From: Candidatus Heimdallarchaeota archaeon
GTDB lineage: Archaea; Asgardarchaeota; Heimdallarchaeia; Heimdallarchaeales; Heimdallarchaeaceae
Reading direction: 5' to 3'
Assembly: GCA_019057375.1 (NCBI GenBank)
Contig: DXJF01000062.1
Coordinates: 1 to 27,634, forward strand
Length of the DNA: 27,634 bases
Part shown: positions 26,660 through 27,634 of the stretch, piece after piece
Position numbering within the stretch: position 1 is the stretch's first letter
Layout: each line of letters opens with the position of its first letter
Notes under the pieces: model-generated
Database searches by the model: none
What the model was told of the DNA's origin: nothing
The model's input: only the letters and a program-made list of their open reading frames with translations
Program-made: the position numbers and the translations under genes

Positions 26660-26685
26660 TATCGATAAATATAGGGCGGCAAAAT

Positions 26686-27405
26686 ATGAACACTGTAGAA
26701 AAAGGTGAGAATCCAAAAGATTCCATACAACAATTCAAAATTCCTGATTCTATTTCAATAATAGATTTAGAAAAAGTTAATTGTTACCTTATAGAAACGG
26801 AAAAAGGTTTTATTTTAATTGATACAGGTTTCAGTAAAAGTAGATCAACAATAGATGCTTTTTTATCAAATAAAGGAATAACACCTGAAAATCAAAAACT
26901 AAAACTGATACTTCTCACACATGGTGATTTTGATCACACTGGAAATGCAAAATATCTAAAAGAGAAATATAATTCGGAAATTGCTATACATAACAACGAA
27001 ATTGGTATGGTAGAGCATGGTGATATCAGTTGGAATCGGAATATGAATGTATTTCTTAGAATTTTAGGGAAATTAATGACCGTTCTTTTAGGGATGCAAC
27101 TGAAGAAAGAAGATAGATTTTTGCCAGATATTGTACTTGAAAATGAACAGAAACTTGATGAATATGGTTTATCTGCTAAAATCATTGCCTTACCAGGTCA
27201 TTCTAAAGGATCTGTAGGAGTCCTAACAGAAGATGGACATTTCTTTTGCGGTGATATTCTTGAGAATATAGAACAACCTGGTCAAGCAAGAATGGTGTCA
27301 GATAGTAATGATATGAAACAAAGTATCGAAAAAATAGGTTCTTTAGAGTTCAAATACGTTTATCCTGGTCATGGTAGACCTTTTGAGAAAAAATTATACT
27401 TGTGA
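26686..27405 (+). CDS. Metallo-beta-lactamase-fold hydrolase (glyoxalase II-like)
   Basis: ILIDTG, THGDFDH, PGHSKGS, FCGD and YPGHG motifs. ATG 26686 preferred; the track's GTG at 26641 lies inside the operator. Confidence 0.92.
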   Translation: MNTVEKGENPKDSIQQFKIPDSISIIDLEKVNCYLIETEKGFILIDTGFSKSRSTIDAFLSNKGITPENQKLKLILLTHGDFDHTGNAKYLKEKYNSEIAIHNNEIGMVEHGDISWNRNMNVFLRILGKLMTVLLGMQLKKEDRFLPDIVLENEQKLDEYGLSAKIIALPGHSKGSVGVLTEDGHFFCGDILENIEQPGQARMVSDSNDMKQSIEKIGSLEFKYVYPGHGRPFEKKLYL

Positions 27406-27425
27406 TATTCTTGTAGGATAGTCCC

Positions 27426-27577
27426 TGAATAGTGCTCCTTCAAGAAAAAAGATTTTATGAAGAGCAATTGTTTTTATTAAACACTAGCCCCTTAGCTGTT
27501 ACAGGGAAGGCTTGACCTGAATAAAGAGGCGCACCTTTACCTATCCAATCCCCTTCCTCAAACTAGAGTTCATCCAT
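27426..27577 (-). pseudogene. Decayed coding fragment, copy 2 (MDEL*FEEGDWIGKGAPLYSGQAFPVTAKGLVFNKNNCSS*)
   Basis: Same frame and same stop position as copy 1; in-frame TAG at 27565-27563 four codons after an ATG. Confidence 0.55.
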
Positions 27578-27634
27578 ACAAGAATCTGAACATGAATCCT
27601 ACTAAACCTATTCTTCTTTCTTTCTATTTACTTC

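Noticed and set aside
4164-27185. Short ORF-track entries antisense to or nested in larger genes (e.g. 4164, 5074, 6708, 7117, 9429, 10167-12032, 12313, 12777, 15816-16490, 17841, 18060, 20932, 21695, 23208, 24044, 24982, 26934)
   Set aside because: All overlap well-supported genes or promoters and show no motifs; they are typical shadow ORFs.
27429-27524. Plus-strand reading ...VTGKA-TGA-PE-stop as a selenoprotein
   Set aside because: The other copy has extra stops in this frame, the transversions are non-synonymous in it, and no SECIS was recognised.
25334-27529. The 47-bp repeat as an IS200/IS605 end, hammerhead ribozyme, kink-turn RNA or CRISPR repeat
   Set aside because: Hairpins are not conserved between the copies, there is no CUGAUGA/GAAA core, only two copies lie 2.1 kb apart, and the mismatch periodicity points to coding origin.
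27608-27634. Possible 3' end of a minus-strand gene (EVNRKKEE*) at the right edge
   Set aside because: Eight codons are too few to call.

Overview
AT-rich archaeal chromosomal window. Evidence for an archaeon: Spt5, SecE/Sec61-gamma, uL11, eL37, Sm-like protein, Nep1, ZPR1, BHB-type tRNA introns and BRE-TATA promoters. An Asgard-type lineage is an inference from the mix of archaeal core genes, bacterial-type lipB/lipA and Ftr1, an SCP2-fused oxidoreductase and long helical/coiled-coil unknowns. Left arm: LolD/FtsX-type ABC pair, an unrecognised 827-aa ORF, and a CAU-anticodon tRNA (probably Ile2) with two introns (canonical 37/38 and non-canonical 23/24). Middle: ftr1 with a palindromic operator, lipB-lipA, nep1, ADP-forming acyl-CoA ligase, ZPR1, an EndoIII-like gene with the AcnX/phosphomevalonate dehydratase pair, a helical-repeat/Ig/coiled-coil protein, tRNA-Ala(GGC), rpl37e (missed by the ORF track), Sm, and an unusual rpl11-secE-spt5 order. 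Right arm: beta-CASP nuclease, OYE-family reductase fused to SCP2, D-cysteine desulfhydrase-like enzyme, GNAT, tandem 4-TM paralogues, a TetR/MBL-hydrolase divergon with two visible operators, and two copies of a decayed coding fragment hidden in intergenic DNA. No CRISPR array, integrase or transposase was seen. All calls are by eye; no databases were run.
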